Assembly (NCBI RefSeq): GCF_044704955.1
Contig: NC_091999.1
Location: forward strand, 23,064,001 to 23,128,000
Reading direction: 5' to 3'
DNA from: Pristiophorus japonicus
Taxonomy: Eukaryota
DNA length: 64,000 nucleotides
Position numbers and translations under genes: made by a program. Below are positions 24,815 to 38,505 of the stretch, piece by piece. The notes beneath the pieces are model-generated. The model had not been told where the DNA came from. It made no database searches and saw only the letters and a list, made by a program, of their open reading frames with translations. Each line of letters begins with the position of its first letter. The first letter of the stretch is position 1.

Positions 24815-26105
24815 CATGTTAATCCGATGTCACTTGGTTTGACTGGTTGAAGTTACCTCCTTTTTGAGGAATTAACCAGGTGGGTCGATGAGGGCCAACC
24901 ATATGAAGTAGTGTATATGGATTTTCGCAAAGCTTTTGATAAGGTCTCACATGGCAAACTGATCACAAAAGTAAAAACTCTTGCGATACAGGGCAAAATG
25001 GCAAGTTGGACCAAAAATTGGCTCAGAGTCAGGAAGCAATGGGTAACGGTTGATGGGTGTTTCTGTGGCTGGAAGGATCTTTCCAGTGGGGTTCCACAGG
25101 GCTCAGTACTAGATCTCAACTTTTTGTGATATACATCAATGATCTCGAATTGAATATAGGGGGTATGATTGAGAAGTTTGCAGATGATACTAAAACTGGC
25201 TATATGGTTGATAATGAAGAGGAAAGTTGCGTAATGCAGGAAGATATCAATCAACTGGTCAGGGGTGCAGAATAGTGCAAATTTGAATTTAATCCAGAGA
25301 ACTGTGAGGTAATGCATTTGGGGATGGCTATCAAGGAACGGGAATACACTTTAAATGGTTGGAAACTGAGAAGTGTAGAAGAACAAAGAGACTTTGGATG
25401 TCCAAAGTGCATGTCCGCAGATCCCTGAAGGTAATAGACGAGGTAGATAAGCTGGTTAAGAAGGCATACGGAATGCTTGCCTTTATTAGGCAAGGCATAG
25501 CATACAAGAAAGGTGGTTTATGTTTGAACTGTATAAAATACTGGTTAGGCCACAGCTGTAGTACTGAGTGCAGTTCTGGTCACTACATTACAGGAAGGAC
25601 GTGATTGCACTCGAGAGGGTATAGAGGAAATTTTGGAGGATGTTGGCAGCAGTGGAGAATATTAGCTGTGAGTACAGGTTGAATAGGCTAAATTTGTTTT
25701 CCTAGGAACGGACGAGGCTGAGGGGAGAACTGATTGAGGTGTATTCAATTATGAGGGGCGAAGATAGAATAGATAGAAAGGGTCTATTTCCCATAGCAGA
25801 GGGGTCGACTTACAGCGGGCATAAATTGAAAGTAATTGGTAGAAGGTTTAGAGGGCAGTTGAGGGCAATTTCTTAACGCAGAGCGTTACGGAGGTCTGGA
25901 ACTCACTGGCTGAAAGGATGGTATATGGAGAAACCCTCACCACATTTACAAAGTACTTGAATGTGCAGTTGACGTATCGTAACCTGCAGGGTTACGGACC
26001 AAGGCTGGGAAGTGGGATCTGGCTGGTTTGCCGCTGATTGACCGGCATAGTCACGATGGGAGGAAATGGCCTCCTTCCGTGCTGTAAACTTTTGTGATTC
26101 TATGA
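24815..26105 (+). mobile_element. CR1, different subfamily, 5'-truncated
   Basis: YMDFRKAFDKV, SGVPQGS, FADDTK, KAYGMLAFI; ATTCTATG tail. Confidence 0.9.
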
Positions 26106-26269
26106 TGTTCCTCTCTGAAATCTTTGGAAACCAGTAGATACGAGAGATCCCTGAGGTTCCAGCATGCATAATTTCACACATCAAGGAGGAAACTGCATCC
26201 TGTAAATGGACGGATATGATTAAAGTTATTGAAATGCTGAAAATAATGTCATCCTATACGTGAGAAAGC

Positions 26270-26983
26270 GAGATATCTGTGCACTGACTAATGTCTCAGT
26301 CCCTCTCCCTCCCGATGTTAACTGTATATTTACAGATGTCTCGATGCCCCCCACCCCTCTCGCAGGAAAAGATATTTACATTGGCTGGTGTCTCCCAGTC
26401 TCTTGTCACTCCAGAAATGTTTGTACACTGCTGGTATCTCTCAGTCCCTTCCCAACTCAGGGAGATTTCTGTGGACTGGCTGGTGTCCCTTAGTGCCTGC
26501 TCGAACAAGAGTTATCTGTGCAGTGCCTGGTGTCTCAGTCTCCTCTCGCTGAGGGAGATAGCTCTGCACTGGCTAGTGTCTCTCCGTCCCTTTCCAGCAT
26601 GGAGGTATCAATATATCGACTGTTGTCCTCATTCTCCTATCCCTCATGGCTATAACTGCATATTCAAGAGATATCTGGACACTGACGGGTGTCTCTGTCT
26701 CATGTCCTGAGGAGCTATCTGTACAATGGACGGTTTATCTCTGTCCCTCTCCTTCATGGAGATATCAGAATATTGACCGATGTCCCTCAGTTCCACTCCA
26801 CAGGGAGATATCTGTACATTGACTGATTTCTCTCACTCCCGCTCCATCAGGAAGAGATCCAGGCATTGATTGGTATCCATATGGCTTCCTTCCTCAGGGA
26901 CATATCAGTAAATCGACTGGTGTCTCAGTCTGTAACCCTCATGGTAATATCTGCACAATGACGGGTGCCTCATAGTCCCTGCT
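26270..26983 (+). repeat. ~46-47-bp degenerate minisatellite running into a gap
   Basis: Recurrent GGAGATATCTGTACACTGACTGGTGTCTCAGTCCCTCTCC. Confidence 0.8.
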
Positions 26984-27129
26984 NNNNNNNNNNNNNNNNN
27001 NNNNNNNNNNNNNNNNNNNNNNNNNNNNNNNNNNNNNNNNNNNNNNNNNNNNNNNNNNNNNNNNNNNNNNNNNNNNNNNNNNNNNNNNNNNNNNNNNNNN
27101 NNNNNNNNNNNNNNNNNNNNNNNNNNNNN

Positions 27130-27535
27130 GATTGAGTAGACTAGTCCTATATCCTCCAGAGTTACGAAGAATAAAATGTCATATACAATTCTTCCAGAGC
27201 TTTACAGGGTAGACGCAGGAAAGATCTGGCAGGAGAGTCTAGAACGAGGCTTTCACTATCTCAGGATAAATCAGGACTTAGATGAAGAGAAATGTCTTCA
27301 CAGAGGGGGGTGATTCTTTGGAATTCTCTGCTCAAGAGGGCAGTGGAGGCATACTCGTTCAGTATATTCAAGGCAGATATCGATAGATTGTCGAATAATA
27401 ACTGAATCAAGGGATTCTTGATAGTGCTGGAAAGTGTAGTTGAGGTACAAGATCAGCCATTACCTTACTGAAGGGCGGAGCAGGCTCACGGGGCCAAATG
27501 GCCTCTTCCTGCTCCTATATTTTATGTTATTATGT
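27130..27535 (+). mobile_element. CR1 3' fragment
   Basis: RNVFTQR..LWNSL..RAVEA..IFKADIDR and 3'UTR GGGCCAAATGGCCT. Confidence 0.8.
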
Positions 27536-28519
27536 ATCCCTGCATTGTGCCTCACTGATTTCCAATTGAACATGATTTCTGATGTGACTCGTAATGTACT
27601 TCCACGGTTTCAAGGACTGTTGAGATAGTGGCCACTTGATCCTGAGACATAGCGTCACTACCAGCAACAAGCAAAGGAGATGAAGGTCGGTCTGATTCAG
27701 ACTGGATGGGGAAGTTGTTTACATTCATTAATTACAGTGTGTCAAATGTACATTTATCAAGTGTCAGTACAAAATGAGATTTCCATAACTTGATTTTGAA
27801 AGTGTAACTTTTCCACACACACAACTCGAACTGCAAACAGCGCTCATTTTCTCTTCAAGGACATTCCTTTAATTAATATTTTGTTTTCAACATGATATTT
27901 ACCTATCTACCGAGCTATCTGTGCAACCTATAAATATCTATCTTTCAGTCTGTCTATATATCTATAGATTCTTCTAGCCCTCTCTGTCTATCTGTCTAAC
28001 TATATATCTGTTAGTCTTTCTGTCAGTCTGTCTATCAGTCTGTCTGTCGGTATGTCTGTCTATCTATCCATATATGTATCAGTCGATCTATGTAACTGTC
28101 AATCTATTCGGCTGTCTGTCTATCTTTCTATCTGCCTATCTGGCAGATTATCCCTNNNNNNNNNNNNNNNNNNNNNNNNNNNNNNNNNNNNNNNNNNNNN
28201 NNNNNNNNNNNNNNNNNNNNNNNNNNNNNNNNNNNNNNNNNNNNNNNNNNNNNNNNNNNNNNNNNNNNNNNNNNNNNNNNNNNNATCTCTTTTTCAATAT
28301 CATTATTCGTTTATAATTGTAGCGCCCCCTACTGCTTTCTTAATTTTTTAACGCATGGAATGTCATCATCTTTAATAATTGTTGCGCCCCCTGCTGCCCT
28401 CTGACTGATTTGCCGCAAGACAAACGATGCTCTGTGTAAATTTAGCACCGCCGACTGCCATCTGACAGATTTACTGCAAGAGAACGGACACTCTACAAAC
28501 AAAGATACGAGCATACATA

Positions 28520-30560
28520 TAATGATGGACAGGTTAAGACCATCTGGTCCATTGAGCCTGTCCCACGCCGCCCGAAACCATGTGATCTCCTGGAAGTAGC
28601 AAAAGTCTGATTAAAAACCCAGGCCAATTTGGGGGAAGAAATTTGGCAAATTCTTCTCTGATCCATCTAGGTGATCGAAACTAGTCCAGGTGATCACTCT
28701 GGCCTTGAATTCCCTGCAGTACCTACCTTCTGTAACATGTGATCTCTACTGCAGCCAGAAACAAATCCAGCTTTCACTTGAGGAATTCAGTGAGTCTGCA
28801 TTCATTACATGAAACGACAGATTGTACAGTGGTCCTCTATCTTCTGGGAAAAGATCCACCTCCTGACATCTAACCTAGATCTCGTCCTATACAACTTAAA
28901 TGTGTGATACCTGGTCCTACCTAACCTATTTAATTGAAATAAACTATTGGTTGGAAAACCTTCTATTTTCTTCATTATTATATAAACCTCAATCAGATCC
29001 CCCCTAAGTCTACGCTGATCTAAGGAATTGAGTACCATCTCTTTCAACCTATCTTGGTAATTAAAATGCTTTATACTTTTCAAGAGCGTCAATATCACCT
29101 ATCATGTGAGGAGGACAAAACTGGACACAGTATTCAAAGCTCAGTCTGACTAAGGTCTTGTTCAAGGACAAAACAGTATACGTCCTATTATAATCAAATG
29201 TCCTTTGGATACACCCCGATGTCTTATTTGCTGTAACTATCACTGCACGGCATTGCTCATGTACCTTTAAGGATGTATGCACTAGAATACGCAATTCTAT
29301 TTCTATCTGCGCCAACTTTAATACCTTTCCCTGGAGTGTGTAAGAATGTAAACATTTGCCCTACCCACATGCATAAGTTGTACATAGTTTTCCAGTCTTG
29401 AGCATAATCGACCAGCACATTAAGATCTGCCTGAAGCAGTCGAGCATCTGCTATAATTCAAAATCTCACTCAGATCTTGGTATCATCTGCAAATTTAAAA
29501 GTTTTGCACTCAATCCCAAAATCTAGATCATTAATAAAAATAGTAAAACACAATAGTCCCAACACTGACACCTGCGGGACACCACGGGTGACTAGTCTAC
29601 AATCAGATTCAAATCCATCAATTATTACTTTTTGCCTGTGTCCTGTCAGCCAGTTCTGAATCCAACTCAATATATTTCAACCTATACCAGAGGCTCCGAT
29701 CTTATACAAAAGCCTTTTGTGCGGTACTTGTTCTAAATATTTTGGGAAATCTGAGTAGACAATGTCTACTGGGCTTCCCTGATCCACAGACTTCGTAACT
29801 GTTTCAAAAAATACAATTAGATTTGTGAGATATTACCTCTTTTTTATGAAGTCATGTTGGTATGCCTAAAATGTCCCTCCCTATCCAAATATTCTTAAAT
29901 CCCTTATGGTTGCTTCAAGCATCTTACCTATTACTGATGTTAAACTGATGGGCCTATAGTTGCCCGAGTCTGCCTTGTCACCTATTTCAAAAATGGGGTC
30001 TGCATTAGTCTCCATCCAATCTGTAGGAACCATTCAAGAGAGAAGTTTGCTATTAAAAATACAGACCAAGAGCTCTCACAGCTCATGTCCTATGTCCCAG
30101 AGGACCATCAGGCGGATATCATCCAGCGCGGCTGCTCTATTTTTTTCAAGTTCTTAATTATTTTGACCCTAACGGTTTTATCCTTGGTAATGCTGCTAAC
30201 AAAACTAGTAGAAATAAATTCTAATATTCGAGCATCATTTTCAAGGGTGAAGACTGATGCAAAGTACAAATGTAATATTTCCACCATTCTTAGTGAATCT
30301 TTTGTAACCTGCCCTTGAACACCTTCCAGTGGCCCAATACAATCTTTGATAAGTCTCTGATTCAACACGTAAAGAAAAATGCTGATCCCATTACTGCCAC
30401 AGTTGTCTACAAACCATTGGTCCATTAGTGTTTGATGATGTAACAGCAGCGATCATTTTCTTTAGCTGTTTCCTGTATTCAACCCTGTTTATTTGAGTAT
30501 TACATGTTTTAATTGATAAAAAAAATGTTTCTGTTTACATCTTATTTGTCTGTCGAGTTG
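28520..30560 (-). mobile_element. Old CR1 (third subfamily), decayed
   Basis: WIQNWLTGHRQKV..RGVPQVSVLG..FADDTK, FEYCVQFCPP, RRLRGDLIEVY. Confidence 0.85.
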
Positions 30561-30784
30561 TACCATCCCGATTATTGATTTATCGGATGATGAGGGATGT
30601 GGTTTATAATTTTAGCACCCCTTCTGCCGTATGACGGGTTGCTGCAGAACAAGGGGTGCTCTTTCGAATGATAGCACCACCTACTACCCTATGACTGCTT
30701 TATTGCAGGATGGGAGACAAAAGTTATCATTAGATCGCAACAACTGCGTTCTCCCATTGAGATAATTTGCGTCCGATTAAGGAA

Positions 30785-31090
30785 CATAACAAACCATTAG
30801 AAATAGGAGCAGGAGTAGGCCCTATGCCTCTCGAGCCTGCTCTGCCATTCAATAAATTCATGATTGATCATCGAACTCAACTCCACTTTCCTGCACAATC
30901 TTCATATCCCCAGATTCTCCATAGACTCCAAAAATCTATCTACCTCAGTCTTGAATATATTCAGAGATCCGGGATCCACAGCCCTATGAGGCCGAGAATT
31001 CAAAAGATTCACAACCCTCTGAGTGAAGAAATTCCTCCTCATCTCGATGCTAAATGGGCTTCCCCTTATCCTGAGACTGTGCCCCATAGT
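30785..31090 (-). mobile_element. CR1 3' fragment
   Basis: GHSLRIRG.PF..EMRRNFFTQRVVNL. Confidence 0.85.
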
Positions 31091-31440
31091 TCTAGAGAAA
31101 ACACCAGGAATTGAACTCGGACCTCTATGCTGTGCATGGTTTTATGGCATCTTCGAATGTCCAGATGGAGATTTTCATTGTATTTTCCTCAGAAAGATAC
31201 AGAAGTCTTTTTTCCCCTTCCACATCGTGCAATATTCATTGGAAGTTATTCTAATGTAGAAAAGGTGAGCTCGAAAATGGCTGCCTTAATTTGTTTGTTT
31301 CAATGACCTTAGCTAACAATAAAATTGCACAATCTGATTGGCTCACAAGGGATTAACATTCGGTATAACTAAGGGATCATTAGAATGAGCCACAACTCAT
31401 ATTGGAGCTACTGTCTCCAGCAATTCGTTTCTCACTGAGA

Positions 31441-34332
31441 ATGCACGCTCCTGGAAACAGTCCAATACTTGCCATTTACTATCCGCTTCTCGCTGCTGTC
31501 GGTGTCCCAGGTAAGGTATTACAGCAAGTCATTGGTTGTTAAGGATATCACGGTTTCTGCTGATGATCTGCGTCTTTACCCGATTTGACACTTTGTGTTT
31601 CGAGATTTTGCTTCACAGCCGCTTTGTTCATTGTGTTCTGAGGAAAGATCACTGATCTGATGCATTAACTCATTTTCTCTCTCCACAGATGTTGCTTGAC
31701 CTTCCAGGTTTTCTGGTCTCATTTCAAATCTCCCTGAGTCAGAGTATGTGTCTTTTCTATCCCTGTTCAGTGTGACATTTCATTGGAATTGTAAAGTTCC
31801 CCGGGTGTCCAAAGCAAAATTCATGACAACATTATTCTGCATCAGCATGACTTCCTGTCCCAGATCTATATTCGCACTGCCTTCAGCTAATAATCTCTGT
31901 TCAAGTCCAAAAGTCGTTATTTTTAAAAAGTAAGAATCGTGTGACTAATGCAAAAATATGAAGTGAACCGATGCGACAATGATCGGTCAATAATGTGTGT
32001 CTTGATATGTATTTCCCGCCACTTTTCATCAGTGCAGTTAATTCTGGTGATCAAGCACAGGTTCACAAATGCTGTCTCTTGACAAATGTCCAGAAATGGT
32101 GCGTGTGAAGGTTTATTAAAATGCATCTATTTCTGACTATTGCGTTGAAACGATACTAAAATCAGCTGTGTGGTTGATAATGAAGAATAAAGGTGGGGAC
32201 AGCAGGAAAATGTCTATCAACGGGTCAGGTGGGCAGAACAGTGGCAAATTGAATTTAATCCAGAGGTTTGTGAGGTAATGCATTTGGGGAAGGCTGACAA
32301 GGAAAGGGAATACACATTAAATGGTACACTGAGAAGTGTTGAGGGACAAAGAGACGTTGGAGTGCATGTCCACATATCCCTGAAGTTAGCAGGACAGGTA
32401 GATAAGTTGATTAATAAGGCATAATTAATGCTTGCATTTATTAGCCGTGGCATAAAATACAAGAGCAGGGGGGTCTTATGCTTCAACTGTATAAAACACT
32501 GGTTAGGCAACAGCTGAAGTTCTGTTCACCGCATTGCAGGAAGGAGATGATTGAACTGGAGTTTTACGAACATGTTGCCGGTAGTGGGGAATATTAGCCA
32601 CGAGGACAGATTGGATAGGCTAGATTTGTTTTTCTTGGAACAGAGGGGAAACTTCATTGAGGTGTATAAAGTTATGACGGGCCTAGATATAGTTGATAGA
32701 AATGGTTATTGCCATTAGCAGAGGGATCAACAACCAGATACATCAATTTAAAATAATTATTAAAAGTTTTAAAGAGGATTTGAGGGGAATTTCTTCATGC
32801 AGAGTGTTGTGGTGGTCTGGAACTCATTGCCTGAAATGATGGTAGAGGCAGAACCCCTCATCACTTTTAAAATGTACTTGGATATGCACCATATGTGCCG
32901 TAACCTGCAGGATTACAGACCTCGAGCTGCAACGTGTGATTAAGCTGGATAGCCTCTTGTTGGTCGAGGGCCTTAAATGGCCTCCTTCCGTGGTGTAAAC
33001 TTCTATGAATCTATGAGTCTATATGATCGAATTTCTGAACTGATTTAATGATTGCATGATTGACGTGTGATTTTAGCCATGCATTTATTGAAGGGATATT
33101 CTGAGTCATTAAATGGATGACAATCATTGAACGATAAACGGTTTTAGTCACGAAGCTGCACCTAAAACTCCTTGGCCTGTTCTCAGTGTCCTGCTCCTCG
33201 TTCATTGCTTCAGTCCACCCACGCTTGGTCACATTCACTGTTCCCGCTTCCCTTCCTCAAACATTATTCAAATCTTAACAGATCAATCTCTGCCGACTGG
33301 TAACTGAATCATTCCCATCGCGGGGTGAAGTATCTAAGACTGAAATATGATCAAAATAAATAAACATCAAGGAGGAGTGATACATAATGTTACTGTTTTC
33401 TTTTCTGTCTCTTTCTTGCAGCTAACTTGGTGACAATTGTGATCCTGTACCGAGGAAAGTGTGGTCTTTCCAGATGTATCACTTGATACCTGCTGTCCAT
33501 GGAAGTGGCAGATCTCCTGGTCATTATCACCGCTGTGATATTAAACCAGATCAGTGGAATTTATTTTCAATTTAGTCGGCTGTCCACCACTCCAGGCTGT
33601 ACTATAACATCTATCCTAATTTATGTAGCCATGGATAGTTCCGTCTGGTTAACGGTCGCTTTCACTTTCGATCGATTTGTGGCCATATGATGCCAGAAAC
33701 TGAAAACAAAATATTGCACTGAGAAAAGTGCGGCTATTATTATAGTCATGGTCGGTGCCCTGGCTGTTTAAAAAAACATCCCTTCTTATCTCACTTATGA
33801 ACCGATGATCATAACTGACAATGTCCCGTGGTTATGTAACATCAAAGTAATATTTTATACTTCTCCTCTATGGATAGTATATGACTGGCTTGACAGAATT
33901 TTAACGCCATGACTCCCCTTTCTCCTGATATTGCTGCTCAATGCTCTGACCGTCAGACATATTCTAGCGACCAGCAGAGCCCGCAGGAGGCTCCGGTCCC
34001 ACAGCAATGGAGAGAATCAAAGCGACCCAGAGATGGAGAGCCGGAGAAAGTCCATCGTTTTACTCTTTACCATCTCAGGCAGTTTCATCCTATTATGGAC
34101 AGTGTACGTTGTAAATTTCTTGTATGTCCGAATTACAAAGAATAATTATTTCTCAGGTTCCAATTTCAAAGACCCAAAATGTATTCTCCAAGAAACCGGA
34201 AATAGTCTTCAGCTTTTGAGTTCCTGCACAAACACGTGTATTTATGGAGTGATCCAGAGTAAATTCAGAGAGGAGTTAATGGATGCGCTGAAATATCCAA
34301 TGAATCTCATTATAAAGTTAATCAAATTATAA
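31441..34332 (+). pseudogene. Two-exon GPR139/GPR142-like orphan GPCR pseudogene
   Basis: Exon 1 31441-31510 MHAPGNSPILAIYYPLLAAVGVP, G|GTAAG; exon 2 from 33422 after TTTCTTGCAG (phase 1): ANLVTIVILYRGKCGLS..ADLLVII..SVWLTVAFTFDRFVAI..ILLLNALTVRHIL..LLSSCTNTCIY; TGA at 33484, 33688, 33910 and a frameshift near 33762. Confidence 0.9.
32165..33020 (+). mobile_element. CR1 3' portion inside the GPCR intron
   Basis: WAEQWQIEFNPEVCEVMHLG...; ATCTATG tail. Confidence 0.85.
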
Positions 34333-34959
34333 AAATGTATTTTCGTGTTAATTCTGCATTACATCACACCCAGTGGGCCATCCTGTCCTGTCAGTTCTGA
34401 ACCAGCTTAGTCCAGCTCCATCAGCCCCAATAACATGGTCCATCGCGACATCCAATTCTGAGAAATCGAATATCTCGACATCCACATGCGCGATATCGTA
34501 CATCTTGACATCCATGTGTGAGAAATCGTACAACTGATTTGCGTGTAGTTAAGATTATATTTTATCAGAGGGCTTTATTTCAGTACTGCCGGCGGTTTGT
34601 TTCCTCAGAGTAGTATTATCATACCAATGCTAACAGATACTATGCCATTCTATCGTGCTCTGAAAATCACCATCGGCTCACTGCATTACAACAGTGACTA
34701 CACTTTCAAAAAGTATTTCACTGGCTGTAAAGCGCTTTGAGACATCCACTCGTTGTGAAAGATGCTATATAAATCCAGTACTTCCTTTCTTTCCTTCTTT
34801 GAGTCAGGATTATGAGACTATGTGACAACCAGTTGTTATCCTGTCGAGACCGCTCTGAATACCCTTGATCCATAACTCTCAGGAATATTGCGAGTGGTGG
34901 ATCATGGCAGCAGTCTCTGTGATCCTGCGCAAAATAGAGACAAAATTAACAGTCACTTG

Positions 34960-36270
34960 GACAATATGTATTAATTAAAGGAAGCCAGTATGCAGTTGTT
35001 AAATGTAAATTGTGTTTAAATAACTTGATTGAGTTTTTTTACGTTGGTAGCAGAGAGGGTAGATGAGGGCAATGCGGTTTATGTGGTATACATGGACTTC
35101 CAAAAGGCATTTGTCGAAGTGCCAGCTAATACGTTTGCCAGCAAAGTAGAAGCCCATAGATTAAAAGGGAAAGTGACAGCATGGGTACCAAATTAGCTGA
35201 ATGACAGGAAAGAGGGATTAGTGATGAATGGTATGTGTTTCTGACTGGAAGCTGTTTTTCAGGTATCAGTGTTACCCAGGGGTCTTTATCAGGAACTTTG
35301 CTTTTCTTGATATATATTGATGAATTGGACTTGGGTGTACATGTCTCAATTGCAAAATTTACAGATGACACAAAACTTAGAAGTATGGTGAACATTGATG
35401 CGGACAGTGATAGACTTCAAAAGGGCACCACAGTCTGTTGGAATGGGCGGACCAGTGGCAGATGAAATCCAATGCAGATAAGTGTGAAGTGTAACATTTT
35501 GGTAGGAAGAACGAGGAGAAGCAGTATAAATTAAAGGGTACAATCCTAAAGGGCGTGCATGAACAGAGAGACCTGGGATACACGTTCACAAATCGTTGAG
35601 AGTGGCAGGTTGAGAAAGCAGTTAAAACAACAATCGCCATCCTGGGCTTCATAAATAGAGGCATAGCGTACCAAAGCATGGAAGTTAAGATAATCCTCTA
35701 TAAAACACTGTTTCATGCTCAACTGGAGTGTTGTATCCAATGCTGTGCATCACACTTTAGGAAGGATGTGAAGGCCTTCGAGAGAGTGCAGAAAAATTAG
35801 AAGAATGGTTCCAGGGATGAGATATTTCATTTACGTGCATAGACTGGAGAAGCTGGAATTGTTCTCTGGAGCAGTGAACCTTGAGAGGACATATGATAGA
35901 GGTATTCAAAATCATGAGTGTTCTGGACAGAAAAGACAGGTCGAAATTCTTCTCATTGGCGGAAGTTTCGAGAACAAGAGGACACAGATTTAAGTGTACT
36001 GGCATAAGAACCAAAGGCGACATGAGGAATAACTTTTTTATGCAGCGAGTGGTTATGATCTGGAAAGCACTGCCTGAAAGGATGGTGGTGGCAAGTTCAA
36101 TCGTGGTTTTCAAAAGTATGTTGGATAGCTACCTAAAGGGGAAAAGTGCGGGGCTATGGGGAAAAGGTGGGGAGTGGGAATAGCTGAGGTGCTCTTGCAG
36201 AGTGCGGACAGGGGCTCCACAGGCCGAAATGTGTCCATTTATGCTGTAACCCATTCTATGATTCTATGAT
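34960..36270 (+). mobile_element. 5'-truncated CR1
   Basis: YMDFQKAF, FTDDTKL, SRTRGHRFK; (ATTCTATG)2 tail. Confidence 0.9.
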
Positions 36271-37139
36271 CCTGCACCAGCCACAATATAATGATATGAT
36301 GGTACGATATGGGCGCTATTACAATGTCACCAACAACACCTTAAAATTGAAATTCTATTTCCCATTGCAAGCTGCTATACTCAGTAAAGTGAGCAACTGT
36401 TTGGCAGGGAGGTATAACAGAAAGTAAAGAAGCATTGCATGCAATTCTTCTCCTGGTAAAAGGCACCAAATTCTTTAATTGGGTAACAGCATTTGAATAG
36501 GATTGACGAATCGCCACGATGCAGTTACTCTACTCCCTCTCATGTGAATTTGGCGCATCACTCAGAATGCCATTCAGTAACAATAAAGGAGGAGATACAC
36601 AGATTTTGGAGGAGCATTGCTCTGGGTAGTATTTCTGAATGGTAATTCAAGCCTCCCTCCCAACTGCACTCCACTTGTTCAAAATAAGAAAATATTCGGG
36701 GATGCAATTTAACTATTCAACTTTATGAATATTGCAAAAGAAGAAATTGGAATCAGTAAATAGAGTGAAAGAGAGAAAGTGTGAGAGACGAGAGAAAGAT
36801 TGAAATGGATAAAGAACAAGAAGCGTAAGAGAATAAAATAAGGTAATAGTAAAAGAAAGCAAAAATGGCAGAAACCAAGAAATGTTTAACTTGGTGATTG
36901 TCCTTCTATACCCGCTGTTTCTCTTAGATGTTTGTATCTATTCTCGAGATATAGGCGTAGATGGCAAGGCCGGAATTTATTGTGCATTACTGGCTGCCCT
37001 TGAAAAAGTGTTGGTGAGTTTTCTCCTTGCACCGCTGCAGTCCATGTGGTGAATGTGGTGTCACGTAGGATGTTCCAGTATTTCAACCCATGGACAATAA
37101 AGTAACAACGATAAATGAAAATTCCGGATGGTGCTTGAC

Positions 37140-37810
37140 TTATAGAATCACACAATAATACAGCATTGAAGGAGGCCGTCTGACCAATCTTGTCTGTGCT
37201 CGCTCTGTGAAAGATTCTTCTCCAACCTACTCCTGCCATTAACCCCGCTGTTTTTTGGTCGACACGAATAAGCTTCTTCTTATGAGTTGCAGTGAAGAGA
37301 CTTGCAGCATGATTCAAGGGGAATTAGTGGAGCATTGCTTTGGGACAACGGTCCCGTACGGAGAATGATACAACGACTAAGTATGCCGTTATGACCCTTT
37401 GTGCCTGTGCCTCCTCTTTGCAAGAGTTTTTTAATTAGTCCCACACCTTTGCATTCCGCCATAGAACTGTTCGTTTATTCGTTCAAGTGTTTACACAATT
37501 CGATTTTGAACGTTGCTACTGACTCTGCTTCCTCCACCCTTTTCAGGCTCTGCATTGCGGATCAAAGCAACTCGCTGGGTAAAATAATGTTTCCTCGTGT
37601 CATCTGTGGTTCCTTTCCCAATTACCTTATATCTTTGTCCTTTGGTTACCGACCCTTCTGCTAGTGGAAACAGTTTCCCGAATTTAATCTCTCAAAACTC
37701 TTCATAATTTTGAACATCTCTAGTAAATCACTTCTTAACCTTCTCTGTTTTAATGAGATCAATGCCAGCTTCTCCAGTCCCTCCACAGAATCCCCTCATC
37801 CCTGATATGA
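37140..37810 (-). mobile_element. Decayed CR1 3' fragments
   Basis: Tails ATAGAATCAC and ATAATACA; GGAAACAGTTTCCC; CCAGCTTCTCCAGTC. Confidence 0.6.
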
Positions 37811-37914
37811 AAAAAAATTAAACATGTTGTTTTAAAAGTTCCCTCAATGACAGATATTGCTTTATTGAATCGCTTGATGACAGATATCTTCTTGGTTTGG
37901 TCTGTGGTTCCCCT

Positions 37915-37952
37915 AGAATTTATTACATAGTCGATCAGTTTGAAGCACCGTG
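37915..37952 (-). other. Degenerate RSS with 22-nt spacer (TCR V, minus strand)
   Basis: CACGGTG-22 nt-ATAAATTCT directly after YFC*LR. Confidence 0.65.
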
Positions 37953-38253
37953 ATTCTCAATCAACAGAAATAGACGGCGCTGTATTCATTTTCTGCTACA
38001 AAAATTGACAAAGGAAAAATTAATATTCATTTAAATGACGAGCATCGAATTATCCTCTTGCAAAATCGGCACCAATTTCCCTGGTGTTATTGCGGTATAA
38101 GGTAAACTGCGTTGCCGGGATCAGGTGCAGGCGTACCAGTAACGATCTGGATCTTCGGAACTGGTGTTGTAAGTGCATTTATTTCAGGTTTATCTCCTTC
38201 ATATACCGTCATCTCATATTGAGGCTGCATTACCGAACTCCATTGGATTTTAC
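37953..38253 (-). pseudogene. TCR delta/alpha-type V pseudogene (TRDV3-like), same orientation as IgM
   Basis: After the TATACAG acceptor, stitched across frameshifts: SVMQPQYEMTVYEGDKPEI/CTYNTSSEDPDRYWY/..TQFTLYRNNTREIGADFARG*FDARHL../SAVYFC*LR; GTAAGT donor at 38324-38329 gives a 76-nt intron. Confidence 0.8.
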
Positions 38254-38334
38254 CTGTATAACTTATTTAAATCATCAGTTATTGTCCTTCTTAATTAGCA
38301 TAATTTAAACCAGCGCAGGGAACACTTACCACGA

Positions 38335-38505
38335 CGTACCTGCTACCGAGATTATTCTGGTGAAATACATCGGCTATTATGAAGGTAATATATTTTGCCA
38401 GAGATGTTTCTCTGCAGATCTTTAAATTGTGACTAAGTTTACCGGTTTAACCATCTCTGGGCTGCAGATGACCGAACCTGCAATTTATTAACGTGCCCTG
38501 GGACT
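38335..38505 (+). pseudogene. Second TCR alpha/delta-type V, 3' half only, inverted relative to IgM
   Basis: FSADL*IVTKFTGLTISGLQMTEPAIY*RALG matches FR3 (..LTISGLQLTDSAVYYCAL); possible CDR2 YLL.RDYSGE upstream. Confidence 0.75.

Noticed and set aside
38330-38370. ATG..GTAAGT as an intact leader of the minus-strand TCR V
   Set aside because: 41 nt gives the wrong phase, it is poorly hydrophobic, and it overlaps what reads better as CDR2 of the plus-strand V; probably a deletion junction
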